A DNA stretch of 64,000 nt, taken from positions 32,001-96,000 of the IMG/VR virus record IMGVR_UViG_3300006925_000007; one strand, 5' to 3'. Within the stretch, counting starts at the first letter, position 1; each line of letters begins with the position of its first letter. Below are positions 46,590 through 56,129 of the stretch, piece by piece. The translations under genes were made by a program, and so were the position numbers. The notes beneath the pieces are model-generated. The model saw only the letters and a list, made by a program, of their open reading frames with translations. It was not told the origin of the DNA and did not search any database. The stretch is from a virus.

Positions 46590-48357
46590 CAATAACTTCT
46601 AACTCTACGTTAAAAGTAGTGAAACCGTTTTCTTTAGTAACTTGTAAAACATTATCAACTCTACCCACTAGTTCATCTCTATGACTAATAAGTAAAATGT
46701 TTTTATGTCTTTCTCGTTCCATCTTCTTTAATACACCTAATGCACTTTCAACACCAATTGTATCCATTCCGCTGTCAACTAATTCGTCAATACAAATTAA
46801 GTTAATAGGATGATTCATACTTTCGAATACATCACGGAAGCTCCAACTGAGTCCAAGTATAAGTCGATTACGTTCACCACGTGATAAGTTATCAAAATCT
46901 AAGTCTTGTCCTAACTGTGTAATTGTTACAGTCAAGTCGCTTTGGAATTGCACTTCATGTGGTAAGCCTAAACGTGTAATATAATACTCTAATCGAGTAT
47001 TTAAGAATTGTAAGTTTTGTTCAATAATTTTCTTACGAACAAAACTATCCTTGTTTGTAAGTAGCTTCAATAAAAAGTCTTGATGCTCCTTTAGTTCTGT
47101 AAGTCTATTTACCTCTGACCAGTCAACTTCCTGCAAACCAGTGTCTTTTAATGCGGTTATTTGTTCATCATATGGATTTTGCTCATCTTTAATGCGAACT
47201 AACTCTGTTTCAACTAATCCGAGTTTACCTTGATGTTCATACGCTTCTTTAACACTATTGTAATGCATCGTGGGTGCTTTGTTAAGTGGTCCTATGTCAT
47301 TTAATGCATTATTATACTCATTAATCTTAGTATTATAATCATCTATATGCTCTTGGCTTTCTGTTACTGCCTCTGTTTTTTGCTTAACAAGTTCTTCATG
47401 TTTCTCATCATGTAGTTCTTGTCCACATGCATAACATTTATGATCTAACGTATCATTAAGATCCTTTTGTGCTTTGTTTAAGCGTTTTTGTTCTCTATCG
47501 TTAGTGCTGGTTAGTCTTGCTATTTCGGCAGTTAACGTATCTATTTGTTGCTTCTGACTAGTAAATTCTTCATAGTCTGTGTGTGCTTTTAGTTCAACTT
47601 CAATATCAATATGTTGCAAGTTTAACAGCTCTGTTTCTAAGTCTTGCAAGTCTTTATCACGCTTTGATTCCCATACTGTTTGCCTGCGTTCTAAGTCTGA
47701 TATACTTTTACCAATACGTTCGTTTGCTTCTTCTGTGCCACGAATACGATATGTTTCTTCTGTTATTTTGTCTTTACTAATCTTTGTAAGTTCTTTTAGT
47801 ATTTCTGCCTTTTCGCTAAGTTTAGTAATACCTAGTAACTGTTCAATCATATCACGTTGATCAGTTGCTCGCATACTAAGGAAAGGTTCTGTGTAAGTAT
47901 TCAATGCAACAATGTGCTTAAACATTGTATGACCCATACCAATTACACGTTCAATTACACGTTGACTTTCACGGCCTTCGCCTTGCATTTCATCAGTAAT
48001 TTCTCCGTCACTGCCTGCGCCATTAACAAGGAATTTAAAAATGTTTGGCTTACGCCCACGCTCTACACGATACTCAATTCCATTCATTTCAAAGTCAACA
48101 GTAACTAACATACCTTTGTTGTTTGTTTTATTAACTAAGTTATCTTTCTTAATATTATATAATGCGTTGCCAAACAATGCATAACTTAATGCATTAATGA
48201 TTGTTGTCTTACCTGTTCCGTTACGTGACCCATCGCCACCCAAGTCCATGTTGTTACCCAACACAAGTGTTAGTCCTGCATTATCAAAATGGACAGCCTG
48301 TGTGACATTGCCCACACTCATAAAATTTCTTACAGTGATATTTTTAATTCTTAGCAT
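46582..48357 (-). CDS. gp46: Recombination ATPase, Rad50/SbcC-like
   Basis: NGTGKT Walker A, CYAC zinc hook, LSRGE signature, IDELVD Walker B and ISH. Confidence 0.95.
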   Translation of the reverse strand: MLRIKNITVRNFMSVGNVTQAVHFDNAGLTLVLGNNMDLGGDGSRNGTGKTTIINALSYALFGNALYNIKKDNLVNKTNNKGMLVTVDFEMNGIEYRVERGRKPNIFKFLVNGAGSDGEITDEMQGEGRESQRVIERVIGMGHTMFKHIVALNTYTEPFLSMRATDQRDMIEQLLGITKLSEKAEILKELTKISKDKITEETYRIRGTEEANERIGKSISDLERRQTVWESKRDKDLQDLETELLNLQHIDIEVELKAHTDYEEFTSQKQQIDTLTAEIARLTSTNDREQKRLNKAQKDLNDTLDHKCYACGQELHDEKHEELVKQKTEAVTESQEHIDDYNTKINEYNNALNDIGPLNKAPTMHYNSVKEAYEHQGKLGLVETELVRIKDEQNPYDEQITALKDTGLQEVDWSEVNRLTELKEHQDFLLKLLTNKDSFVRKKIIEQNLQFLNTRLEYYITRLGLPHEVQFQSDLTVTITQLGQDLDFDNLSRGERNRLILGLSWSFRDVFESMNHPINLICIDELVDSGMDTIGVESALGVLKKMERERHKNILLISHRDELVGRVDNVLQVTKENGFTTFNVELEVIDA

Positions 48358-48363
48358 ATTATA

Positions 48364-49386
48364 TTAATTACTTAATCCTTGATAAATGTCAATCAACATT
48401 TGTTTCTTGATAGTTTCACTTTGCACAGATTCTAATTGCGACAACACAATTGTATCTACATTTTCCACTTCGATATCAACACCTTGTTGCCAGTCGTTTG
48501 TGTGTTCTTCTTTTTTACTTGGTATCAAACTAATCTCACGTAAGTCATATTGTTTAGCAAATGTTTCTTTAATAAAGTTTGCTTCTTCATATGTAATACC
48601 TACATCAAGTGCCACACGAGCATATGTTTTGTCTGCTAGATATTTTTCTGGGCTATCAATAAGTTTGCTTAATGGCAGTGTGCGATACTTTGGTGCCTCT
48701 GGCCAAGGTAGATAATCTATCTTACCAGCCCAGTCTAAGAACATACAACCTCTATCATCATCCCATGCATCACTAAAGTTATGTGGGAAGCAGTTGCCCG
48801 GATAAATTACATTACCACGTTCTTGTCGTTTGTGAAAGTGTCCACTAAAAACTTTTTCAGGGCCTCTTAGGTCTTCTGCTTTAAGTCCACCATGGTCTGG
48901 CATTTGAACTAATGCATTCATATAAAACTGTGGAAGTTCAAAATGTCCAAACATATATTTGCATTTTACTTCCTTTACTTTCTTCCATTCATCATCAACA
49001 AGCCAGGGGATAAAAGCAACATCATCTTCAATTAACATAGTATCATTTACAATGCGTATGTTAGGATATTCCTTACCCATTGGGATACTATGTATCTCAC
49101 GCTTTTCTCGATAATATAAATCGTGGTTGCCCATAATCATAATAACCTCATCAAAGTTATCATTGAGTCTACGTAGATTACTTACTGTATAATTTAATGT
49201 GCTTACATTAATTGTTGCTCTGTGATGATGCCAATCTCCCAAAAAGAAACATTTTTTAATTCCTCTTTTGTGTGCTTCATCAATCATCCATATAATAAAA
49301 TCTTCACAGTCTTGATTATGTAACCGTGAATTGTTTTTATTACCTAAATGAATGTCAGTGAATATTACTGCTTTATCAAATAGCAT
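48364..49386 (-). CDS. gp47: Recombination nuclease, Mre11/SbcD-like
   Basis: DIHLG, GDW, GNHD, GHFE and SGHFH metallophosphoesterase motifs. Confidence 0.95.
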   Translation of the reverse strand: MLFDKAVIFTDIHLGNKNNSRLHNQDCEDFIIWMIDEAHKRGIKKCFFLGDWHHHRATINVSTLNYTVSNLRRLNDNFDEVIMIMGNHDLYYREKREIHSIPMGKEYPNIRIVNDTMLIEDDVAFIPWLVDDEWKKVKEVKCKYMFGHFELPQFYMNALVQMPDHGGLKAEDLRGPEKVFSGHFHKRQERGNVIYPGNCFPHNFSDAWDDDRGCMFLDWAGKIDYLPWPEAPKYRTLPLSKLIDSPEKYLADKTYARVALDVGITYEEANFIKETFAKQYDLREISLIPSKKEEHTNDWQQGVDIEVENVDTIVLSQLESVQSETIKKQMLIDIYQGLSN

Positions 49387-49404
49387 ACTTGGTGTTACCT
49401 CTTT

Positions 49405-50289
49405 TTATTTTTTAGCTGCGGCGTTTTCGGCGTTCATTTGCCTAATCTTCTCAATCTCTTTTTTCTCTTTGCCTTCCCATTCAGCATTAAATGTTCTAGT
49501 GTGACTTGGATTAAGACCTGCTTCTTCTAGTAAGTCGTCTCTAATATTTTGACTACGCTTTTCTAAATTCAATACTCTAGTAAAGCTATTGTTAATAGCC
49601 GCAGTGTAATACGCAAAAGGGTTTTGCGATTTAAACTCATTAAACTGTAATCCAATTTGACTAAGTTGAACTAATGCCTGCCCACGCATCTCATCTACAT
49701 ATGTGTAACCACGCCAGTTGCCTCGCATACTATAACGTTCACATAGTTTAATATACATTCCGCCTAGTTGATTTGTTGTGCCACCGTGTGTAGTGTTAAA
49801 GTAACCATTATCTAATCCACCTTCCCAATGACTTCTAGCGACTTCTTTGAGGTTTCCTTCTTGATAAGCATAATGCTTAAACGGAGGGAAGTTACATTTA
49901 CTATGTAAGTCTGCCTCTGTTTTGGGTTTGTTTTTTCTATTCTCTAATGGAATGTGATCAAATGTCATTACACGAATAACAATATCTGTGTCTAGTATTG
50001 TGTCTACTTCAACTAAGAAATCTGCTACTCTTGGTTTAGTTTTCTTGCCTGTTAGTCCTTGCTCCCAACGTTTAACTTCGGCTTCATGTGCTTTCTTTTG
50101 TAAACGTGTTGCACGTGATTGTTTTGCTTCTGCTACAGCATCCGGTGTAATATCTTCAAATGTTTCAACGATCAAATCATAATCTGCATACTGATCATCA
50201 TTCACATAACAATAGGACATCTTAGATTTATGTATTTCTTTTAACAACTCTTTGTTTGTTAAGTAAAATTGTTTTGGTGCTCTTGCCAT
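49405..50289 (-). CDS. gp55: Late-transcription sigma factor, gp55-like
   Basis: Y..NKELL, NWRGYTY.DEM and KSQNPFAYYT..I.NSF motifs; upstream of gp47/46 as in T4-like phages. Confidence 0.8.
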   Translation of the reverse strand: MARAPKQFYLTNKELLKEIHKSKMSYCYVNDDQYADYDLIVETFEDITPDAVAEAKQSRATRLQKKAHEAEVKRWEQGLTGKKTKPRVADFLVEVDTILDTDIVIRVMTFDHIPLENRKNKPKTEADLHSKCNFPPFKHYAYQEGNLKEVARSHWEGGLDNGYFNTTHGGTTNQLGGMYIKLCERYSMRGNWRGYTYVDEMRGQALVQLSQIGLQFNEFKSQNPFAYYTAAINNSFTRVLNLEKRSQNIRDDLLEEAGLNPSHTRTFNAEWEGKEKKEIEKIRQMNAENAAAKK

Positions 50290-50313
50290 AATTTTATTCC
50301 TCTGTTCTTAACT

Positions 50314-50364
50314 ATTATAACTGAATGCGTGTAAAAGTCAACCGGTTTTTGCAAGTCATAAATA
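50314..50364. promoter_or_regulatory. Divergent promoters: early TTGACT-16-TATAAT (-, gp55 operon) and late CATAAATA (+, baseplate operon)
   Basis: Minus-strand site at 50341-50314; plus-strand site at 50357-50364. Confidence 0.6.
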
Positions 50365-50380
50365 CTAATGGAGAATAGAC

Positions 50381-50989
50381 ATGATTATAAATGAAATTAT
50401 ACAAATTAGAGAAGACGTAGGTAGCATTGCAGTATTTTATGGTGGTCGTTTTCAACCTATGCACCAAGGACACCGAGATGTATATCAACATCTTGTAGGT
50501 AAGTTTGGTGCAGACAATGTATTTATCGCCACAACTTTTAGTCAAAAAGCTACAAAGGCCCATGCTGCAGGCAACTACAGTGATGATCCATTTACGTTTG
50601 ATGAAAAGAAAAGTATCATGTCTACAATGTTTGGCATACCAGCAGATAAAATTGTAAACAGCAATCCATACAGAAGCGAACCGTCTACAGTAGGCAGAGA
50701 TAATAATACAACAGGTATTGTATTAGTGTTTGGTGCCAAAGATGCAGGACGCTTAGGTGGATCAGCAAATGTTCAAAAGCTGCCAGACAACCTAAAAGAC
50801 ATAAAGCCTCAAAGCGAAATGATATATTATTATGAAGCACCACTAATGCAAGGTGGAATGAGTGCAAGTGAATTCCGTGCAGCAATGGCAAGTAATGCCA
50901 CACCGGAAGCAAAACAAAAAGAATTTACAAAGTTCTTTGGAAAGTTTGATGAGAAAATATTTAGATTCATCGAAGAGAGGTTGACATAA
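50381..50989 (+). CDS. HxGH nucleotidyltransferase (cytidylyltransferase/NMNAT-like)
   Basis: GGRFQPMHQGH, PF.F.EK and MSASEFR motifs. Confidence 0.75.
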   Translation: MIINEIIQIREDVGSIAVFYGGRFQPMHQGHRDVYQHLVGKFGADNVFIATTFSQKATKAHAAGNYSDDPFTFDEKKSIMSTMFGIPADKIVNSNPYRSEPSTVGRDNNTTGIVLVFGAKDAGRLGGSANVQKLPDNLKDIKPQSEMIYYYEAPLMQGGMSASEFRAAMASNATPEAKQKEFTKFFGKFDEKIFRFIEERLT

Positions 50990-51630
50990 TGAGTTTCAGA
51001 TCAGGAATACAAAATAGTAGCAATGAAAATAAAAGCTCGGATGTAACTGGTGTAGTTTCATTATTAGTAAGGCCCAATAATCCATTTACCTTAACAGAAA
51101 CACTATCGCCTTTGGCTGCAGACCACGGATTGGTATTCCCTTACACACCAACTGTTATGGTAGGTCATAGTGCTACTTATGGAACATATGATATTACACA
51201 TACAATATATCAGCCGCAGTATTATATTTCAACACCAAATCCTAGCATAAGTATTACAGCAAACTTTACAGCAAATAGTATTGCAGAAGCAAAACACACA
51301 GCGGCAGCAATACAATTTTTAAAAACATGCACTAAGTCAGACTTTGGTGAAAGCAGACTTACAACAGCAGGCACACCACCTCCGATACTAAGCCTTAAAA
51401 TCTATGGAGGATCAACGCTTAATGCTCAAAATACACCAGTAGTAGTCAGAAGTATGAACTATACAATGCCAGAAGATGTTAACTATGTTGAAACAGAATA
51501 TGGGACAGTTCCTACAATGTTATTGATAGCATGTGAACTATCAGTTCAACTTTCGCCGAAAACAGTTAGAAAAGGATTTGACATAGGTAAGTTTGCACAA
51601 GGTAATTCACTTGGCGGAGGATTTATCTAA
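50989..51630 (+). CDS. Baseplate / tube-initiator protein (gp48/gp54-like position)
   Basis: FPYTP, GTPPP.L and PVVV.S.NYT.PEDV.Y motifs. Confidence 0.55.
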   Translation: MSFRSGIQNSSNENKSSDVTGVVSLLVRPNNPFTLTETLSPLAADHGLVFPYTPTVMVGHSATYGTYDITHTIYQPQYYISTPNPSISITANFTANSIAEAKHTAAAIQFLKTCTKSDFGESRLTTAGTPPPILSLKIYGGSTLNAQNTPVVVRSMNYTMPEDVNYVETEYGTVPTMLLIACELSVQLSPKTVRKGFDIGKFAQGNSLGGGFI

Positions 51631-51914
51631 TGGTAGAATATCGAAGAGATAGTTTATATAGACACACTGAGGTAGAGAATAAGCAGTATCTTAGCATATG
51701 GGAACCAACGGTTACTGAAATTTCATCACTTACTACTCAGCCATATACAATAGAAAACAAATATCATCAACGACCAGACACATTAGCAGACAAGCTATAT
51801 GGTAACGCTAAACTTTGGTGGGTATTTGCAACAATAAATCAAGATATATTAAATGATCCTATTACTGATTTTGAAGCAGGATTAACTATTCAAGTTCCAT
51901 TAAGGTTTACATAA
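51630..51914 (+). CDS. gp53: Baseplate wedge protein, gp53/LysM-like
   Basis: RPD.LA..LYG..LWWVF..N...P motif. Confidence 0.75.
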   Translation: MVEYRRDSLYRHTEVENKQYLSIWEPTVTEISSLTTQPYTIENKYHQRPDTLADKLYGNAKLWWVFATINQDILNDPITDFEAGLTIQVPLRFT

Positions 51915-53764
51915 TGTTAAGAGATAATTGGCTTAATACAGTCTCATCTGGGTCTTATAAGTTTACATTTATGATTGTAGACAAAGATACCTGGAATGAC
52001 GCATCTAAAGGATCATTCAATAAAGAACAAACACTTGCACAAGGCAAAGGAATTATTGTTGCTGAAGATGGAGTTGAAAGTGCGTATGCTGTTCAAAATG
52101 TAAACATAATGACAAGCCAAGGCGCAGTATCCAATGGTTATTCTAAATCTACATTAGTTCATTTTGATATAATGGAACCTCTTGGATTTGGACTTTTAGA
52201 AAGATCACTAACAGTATCAAGGATGCTCGGACAAGCTCAAAATTTTAAATCAATTAACTGGGTATTATTATTAGATTTTATAGGAATAGATCCAGTTAAC
52301 GGAGCAAGTAGAAAAAGAGAAGGCACATTTGTTTATGCATTAGTATTAAAAGATGTTAGTGCAACAATAGGCGAGGCCGGAGCAAAATACTTTTGTGAAT
52401 TTAATAACATGGACACAGAGGCTAAACTTGATACAGTTACTAAAACTGACATGACAGTTAAAAATGTAACTACGGTAAAAACATTCTCTGAAAATTTAGA
52501 AACAGCATTAAATAAAAATGCACAGGCTATACGACCAGACTCGACAGTAGGCGGGCCTGCAGGACGAATGGTGCAAACTGAAGTTGAATATAAAGTTGTG
52601 CTCAGCTCATCAATGACTACACAAGCACAAGATTATTTTAGATTACCAAGTTTTAATTTAAGTGAAGCACCTTGGGGCGGAACTGTTGATACTTCAACGT
52701 CTGGTGCTCAAAGTGAATCACTTGAAGCGTTAGGTATAAGAGATATAACAATCAATAACAATACACAATTATGTGCAAAAATACGTGAGCTTATTGCTGA
52801 AGTTCCAGCTTACGCTCAGCATAACGCACGAGCGTCAAAAAACGGAATTACATATGAGGTCGTTGTTACGCCAAAAATGGAACTACTAGATGGAGTTGAT
52901 ACGACTGTTAATTTACAGCGTAAAAGAATTACATTGCATATAGGTCTTGTAACACACGCTACACAAATTCCACAAGACAAAGTTAGTATTACACAGTTAA
53001 GAAACCAAAAAGCCGCACAGACAGAAAGATTCAATGACCTTATTCGTCCCAATCTTGTTAAAAAATATACATATCAATATACAGGTGAAAACACAGAAGT
53101 AATGGATATTGATTTAAACCTTAATCAATATTTTTATAACGCATTGTCACCGCAGGCAGGAGTTTATTACGCAGATAATCATAGTATGTTTGAAGCAAAC
53201 ATAGTAAATGTAGATACTATAAATGATCCAGAATCGTTAGACGCTAACCCGCACGATGGACAACGTGTTCCACTTCCTGCCAGATTTTTAAGCGACATGC
53301 CATTAGTAAAATACAACGTTGAACAAAGCCCAATATTCAGAGTGCAACCAGTTGGTCCACATGGACAACAAGTGAATGAATCAACAAGTGTAGATACGAT
53401 TGCAAATTTATCATTACTTGACCACGCAGCAAGAACACGTGATGCAGCAGAATTAACACTAGAAGTAAGAGGCGACCCTATATTCTTAGGCAAAAGTGGG
53501 AATGATCTTTTTTCCGAAGAAGAAGGAGATAGTCCAAAGTCAGCATATATGGCATTTTTAAACTTTACACCTAATCCAGAAGATTTATTAGGCAAGCAAA
53601 GAAAAGGCCCAGTTGACATGATAAGTACAGGTATATATAGAATTAACGAAGTTAACAGTAAATTCCAACAAGGAAGTTTTACACAAACAATAAAAACATA
53701 CAGAGATGGAAATAGTAATACGTATTTGTTACTTGATCAAATAGTAGAATTAAAGGTAGATTAA
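51914..53764 (+). CDS. Baseplate hub protein (gp27-like)
   Basis: C-terminal LEVRGDP and G.YRI..V.SKF..G.FTQ motifs; immediately upstream of the spike gene. Confidence 0.55.
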   Translation: MLRDNWLNTVSSGSYKFTFMIVDKDTWNDASKGSFNKEQTLAQGKGIIVAEDGVESAYAVQNVNIMTSQGAVSNGYSKSTLVHFDIMEPLGFGLLERSLTVSRMLGQAQNFKSINWVLLLDFIGIDPVNGASRKREGTFVYALVLKDVSATIGEAGAKYFCEFNNMDTEAKLDTVTKTDMTVKNVTTVKTFSENLETALNKNAQAIRPDSTVGGPAGRMVQTEVEYKVVLSSSMTTQAQDYFRLPSFNLSEAPWGGTVDTSTSGAQSESLEALGIRDITINNNTQLCAKIRELIAEVPAYAQHNARASKNGITYEVVVTPKMELLDGVDTTVNLQRKRITLHIGLVTHATQIPQDKVSITQLRNQKAAQTERFNDLIRPNLVKKYTYQYTGENTEVMDIDLNLNQYFYNALSPQAGVYYADNHSMFEANIVNVDTINDPESLDANPHDGQRVPLPARFLSDMPLVKYNVEQSPIFRVQPVGPHGQQVNESTSVDTIANLSLLDHAARTRDAAELTLEVRGDPIFLGKSGNDLFSEEEGDSPKSAYMAFLNFTPNPEDLLGKQRKGPVDMISTGIYRINEVNSKFQQGSFTQTIKTYRDGNSNTYLLLDQIVELKVD

Positions 53765-53765
53765 A

Positions 53766-54971
53766 ATGGGTGTATCAGCAGGTTCAGGGTTTCAAACAGA
53801 TGGCAATAAAGTAGCCAAACGTGCTCACGCATCAACTTCATACAACAGTAATATTCTTAACGGTTTATATGTTGGTGAAGTAATAAACAATAGTGATGCA
53901 CAACACAATGGCAGAGTTACTGTTAAAATTCCAGAATTTGGAGCAGATTCAGAACGTATTGTGTTGCTGACTACTCCGTTCGGTGGCAACACAGAAATTA
54001 AAACTGAAATTAAAGAGCCGGATATAGAAGAAGGTTCAGCTATTACATATGGCATGTGGCCACAACCACCTGAAATAGGATCAAATATTTTAGTGGGATA
54101 CACAGGATCAATGGCACAAGGATTTTTCTTAGGTTATCTTCCACCCAAGGATAGAAATGCAACCATGGGCGGCAACGCAAGTAATGAAGCGTATGATGGT
54201 GACGGTAATATTATATTATCTCAAACTACAGAAAAAAATAGTCTAGATGAGTCTGATTCAGTAACAAAAGCAGCCAAACAAAAACAACTCGCTCAATTAC
54301 TTGAGTCTGGTCTTATATTAGACTATGTTAGAGGACACAGTCAAAGTAGTGCAAGAAGAGAATCACCTAGTAAGGTATTTGGAATCACAACAAAAAGTGG
54401 ACATACAATTAGTATGGACGACCACGAGGAAAATGATAATATTAGAATTAGAACTAGTGGTGGTAATCAGATTTTGCTAGACGATACTAGTGGATTTATA
54501 TTCATTAGTAATAACAAAGGTAATGCATGGATAGAAATGGATGCAGATGGTCGTGTTGATGTTTATAGCCAAGGTGGTGTCAGCGTAGCAACAGACGGAG
54601 ATTATAATGTTCATGCAAAAGGATCCATTAACATGCAAGCAGATCAAGGAGTTAATATTAAAAGCACAGGATCAGAAGGCCTTAAATTAGAAAGCAGTTC
54701 TGGATCAATTGATGTGCATAGTAATCTTGATATTAACAATAACGCCGATGGAAATATTAATATAACTGCAGGCCCGAGTTATATTTTAAAAGCAGACCTT
54801 GTAGAGATTAACGGACCACAACCTGGTGAAACAAGTAAAGCAGCAGTTCAGGCACAGACAGTAAACACAAATGTAACGGAAAGTATTAGTAGCAGAGTTC
54901 CTGAGCATCACCCATGGAAAGGTGTATCTATACGAGAAAAAATGGAAACGGGTAAAGGAAATTCAGGCTAA
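53766..54971 (+). CDS. gp5: Baseplate central spike (gp5/VgrG-like OB fold plus beta-helix)
   Basis: GEVINN.D..GRV.V.IP, YGMW.QPP.IG, T.SGH.I.MDD and beta-helix repeats. Confidence 0.7.
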   Translation: MGVSAGSGFQTDGNKVAKRAHASTSYNSNILNGLYVGEVINNSDAQHNGRVTVKIPEFGADSERIVLLTTPFGGNTEIKTEIKEPDIEEGSAITYGMWPQPPEIGSNILVGYTGSMAQGFFLGYLPPKDRNATMGGNASNEAYDGDGNIILSQTTEKNSLDESDSVTKAAKQKQLAQLLESGLILDYVRGHSQSSARRESPSKVFGITTKSGHTISMDDHEENDNIRIRTSGGNQILLDDTSGFIFISNNKGNAWIEMDADGRVDVYSQGGVSVATDGDYNVHAKGSINMQADQGVNIKSTGSEGLKLESSSGSIDVHSNLDINNNADGNINITAGPSYILKADLVEINGPQPGETSKAAVQAQTVNTNVTESISSRVPEHHPWKGVSIREKMETGKGNSG

Positions 54972-55696
54972 TGGCAACATATACTTTACCTAATATAATA
55001 ACAAAGGAAGATTTACTACCTTTTGATCTATTTCCAGTTGCTGATAATACATTAGCTAAAACAATAGTTCCTATTAGAAATCTAGAAACTAGTCCAGCAA
55101 TGATTAACTTAATGTTAAGAAATATTGGCTGGAGTGGATTCGCATACAAAGATGTTGACAATATTGTAAAAATAGGATATAATCTAACAGATGGTGTCGG
55201 CAGTGTAGGATTAACTGAAGCAGATGCATTTGAAAAATGGATTAAACATTTCAAAGACGCTGAGAGAAGATTCAAAGAAATATTTGTGTTAGATTCAATT
55301 AGTCAAAGTCAGTATGATGGTATGGTAAGCATGTATTACTTTACAGGTGACTGGACTAGAGTTGGATCAGAACAAAGAACATTTCAATTATACGATTACG
55401 TAAAAAATAGAGAATGGGAATATGTAGCAACTGCTATGACCAGCAGTGGAGTTAATAGAATTCAACGACAGTTGGAAGCAAAAGTTATTATGCTTGCAGA
55501 CTATGGAATAGTCAAAGATAGATCATTAATTAAAAGACAAGGTATACAAGACATAGCAAATAAATATCCAGCAAGAATGCTAGATGATAAAAGCAGATCT
55601 CAAGCGGAATATGTATACTATGCTGAAACAAAAAGGTTTTTGCCAAATATAGCAGAATCTAGACAACGGATACTATCCTCTAAATTAAATAGGTAA
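54971..55696 (+). CDS. Lysozyme-fold (GH24-like) baseplate protein, possibly inactive
   Basis: AYKD...IGY and SQSQYD.MVS..Y..G motifs align with phage lysozymes. Confidence 0.55.
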   Translation: MATYTLPNIITKEDLLPFDLFPVADNTLAKTIVPIRNLETSPAMINLMLRNIGWSGFAYKDVDNIVKIGYNLTDGVGSVGLTEADAFEKWIKHFKDAERRFKEIFVLDSISQSQYDGMVSMYYFTGDWTRVGSEQRTFQLYDYVKNREWEYVATAMTSSGVNRIQRQLEAKVIMLADYGIVKDRSLIKRQGIQDIANKYPARMLDDKSRSQAEYVYYAETKRFLPNIAESRQRILSSKLNR

Positions 55697-55730
55697 TTAT
55701 ATAATCATTATATTAGCCGATAATGAATTA

Positions 55731-55738
55731 GATAAATA
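55731..55738 (+). promoter_or_regulatory. Late promoter GATAAATA 5 nt before the gp25 ATG
   Basis: Read directly from the sequence. Confidence 0.6.
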
Positions 55739-55743
55739 CTAGT

Positions 55744-56127
55744 ATGAACAGTATAGTAGGCTACACAACAATAAATCAGCAAAATGGAAGTCTAAGACTA
55801 GATGGTCTTGAACTTGCTAAACGCGACTTAGTAAATCATTTCCATATTCGCAAAGGCGAGAAATGGACAGACCCAGATTTTGGTAGCAACCTACTTGAAT
55901 ATGTGTTCCAACCACTAGATGAGTTTACAACAGATGCAATAAACGAAGAAGTATATAATATTGTATCATATGATCCACGTTTTGAATTAGATAAGCAAAG
56001 TATTGTTATTGATCAAGACGCTCATTCAGTTACAGTAACAGTCAAATTATTATATCTACCCACAACAACTGCAACAGAATTGCAGATTCAATTTGACAGT
56101 GATTTCACAGAACAGGCAGAGTTTTAA
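55744..56127 (+). CDS. gp25: Baseplate wedge / sheath initiator
   Basis: RKGEK..P.FGS....F.P and YDPR motifs. Confidence 0.85.
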   Translation: MNSIVGYTTINQQNGSLRLDGLELAKRDLVNHFHIRKGEKWTDPDFGSNLLEYVFQPLDEFTTDAINEEVYNIVSYDPRFELDKQSIVIDQDAHSVTVTVKLLYLPTTTATELQIQFDSDFTEQAEF

Positions 56128-56129
56128 TT

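Noticed and set aside
50315-50563. 82-aa minus-strand ORF
   Set aside because: It overlaps the nucleotidyltransferase antisense and runs through the promoter region, with no supporting signals.
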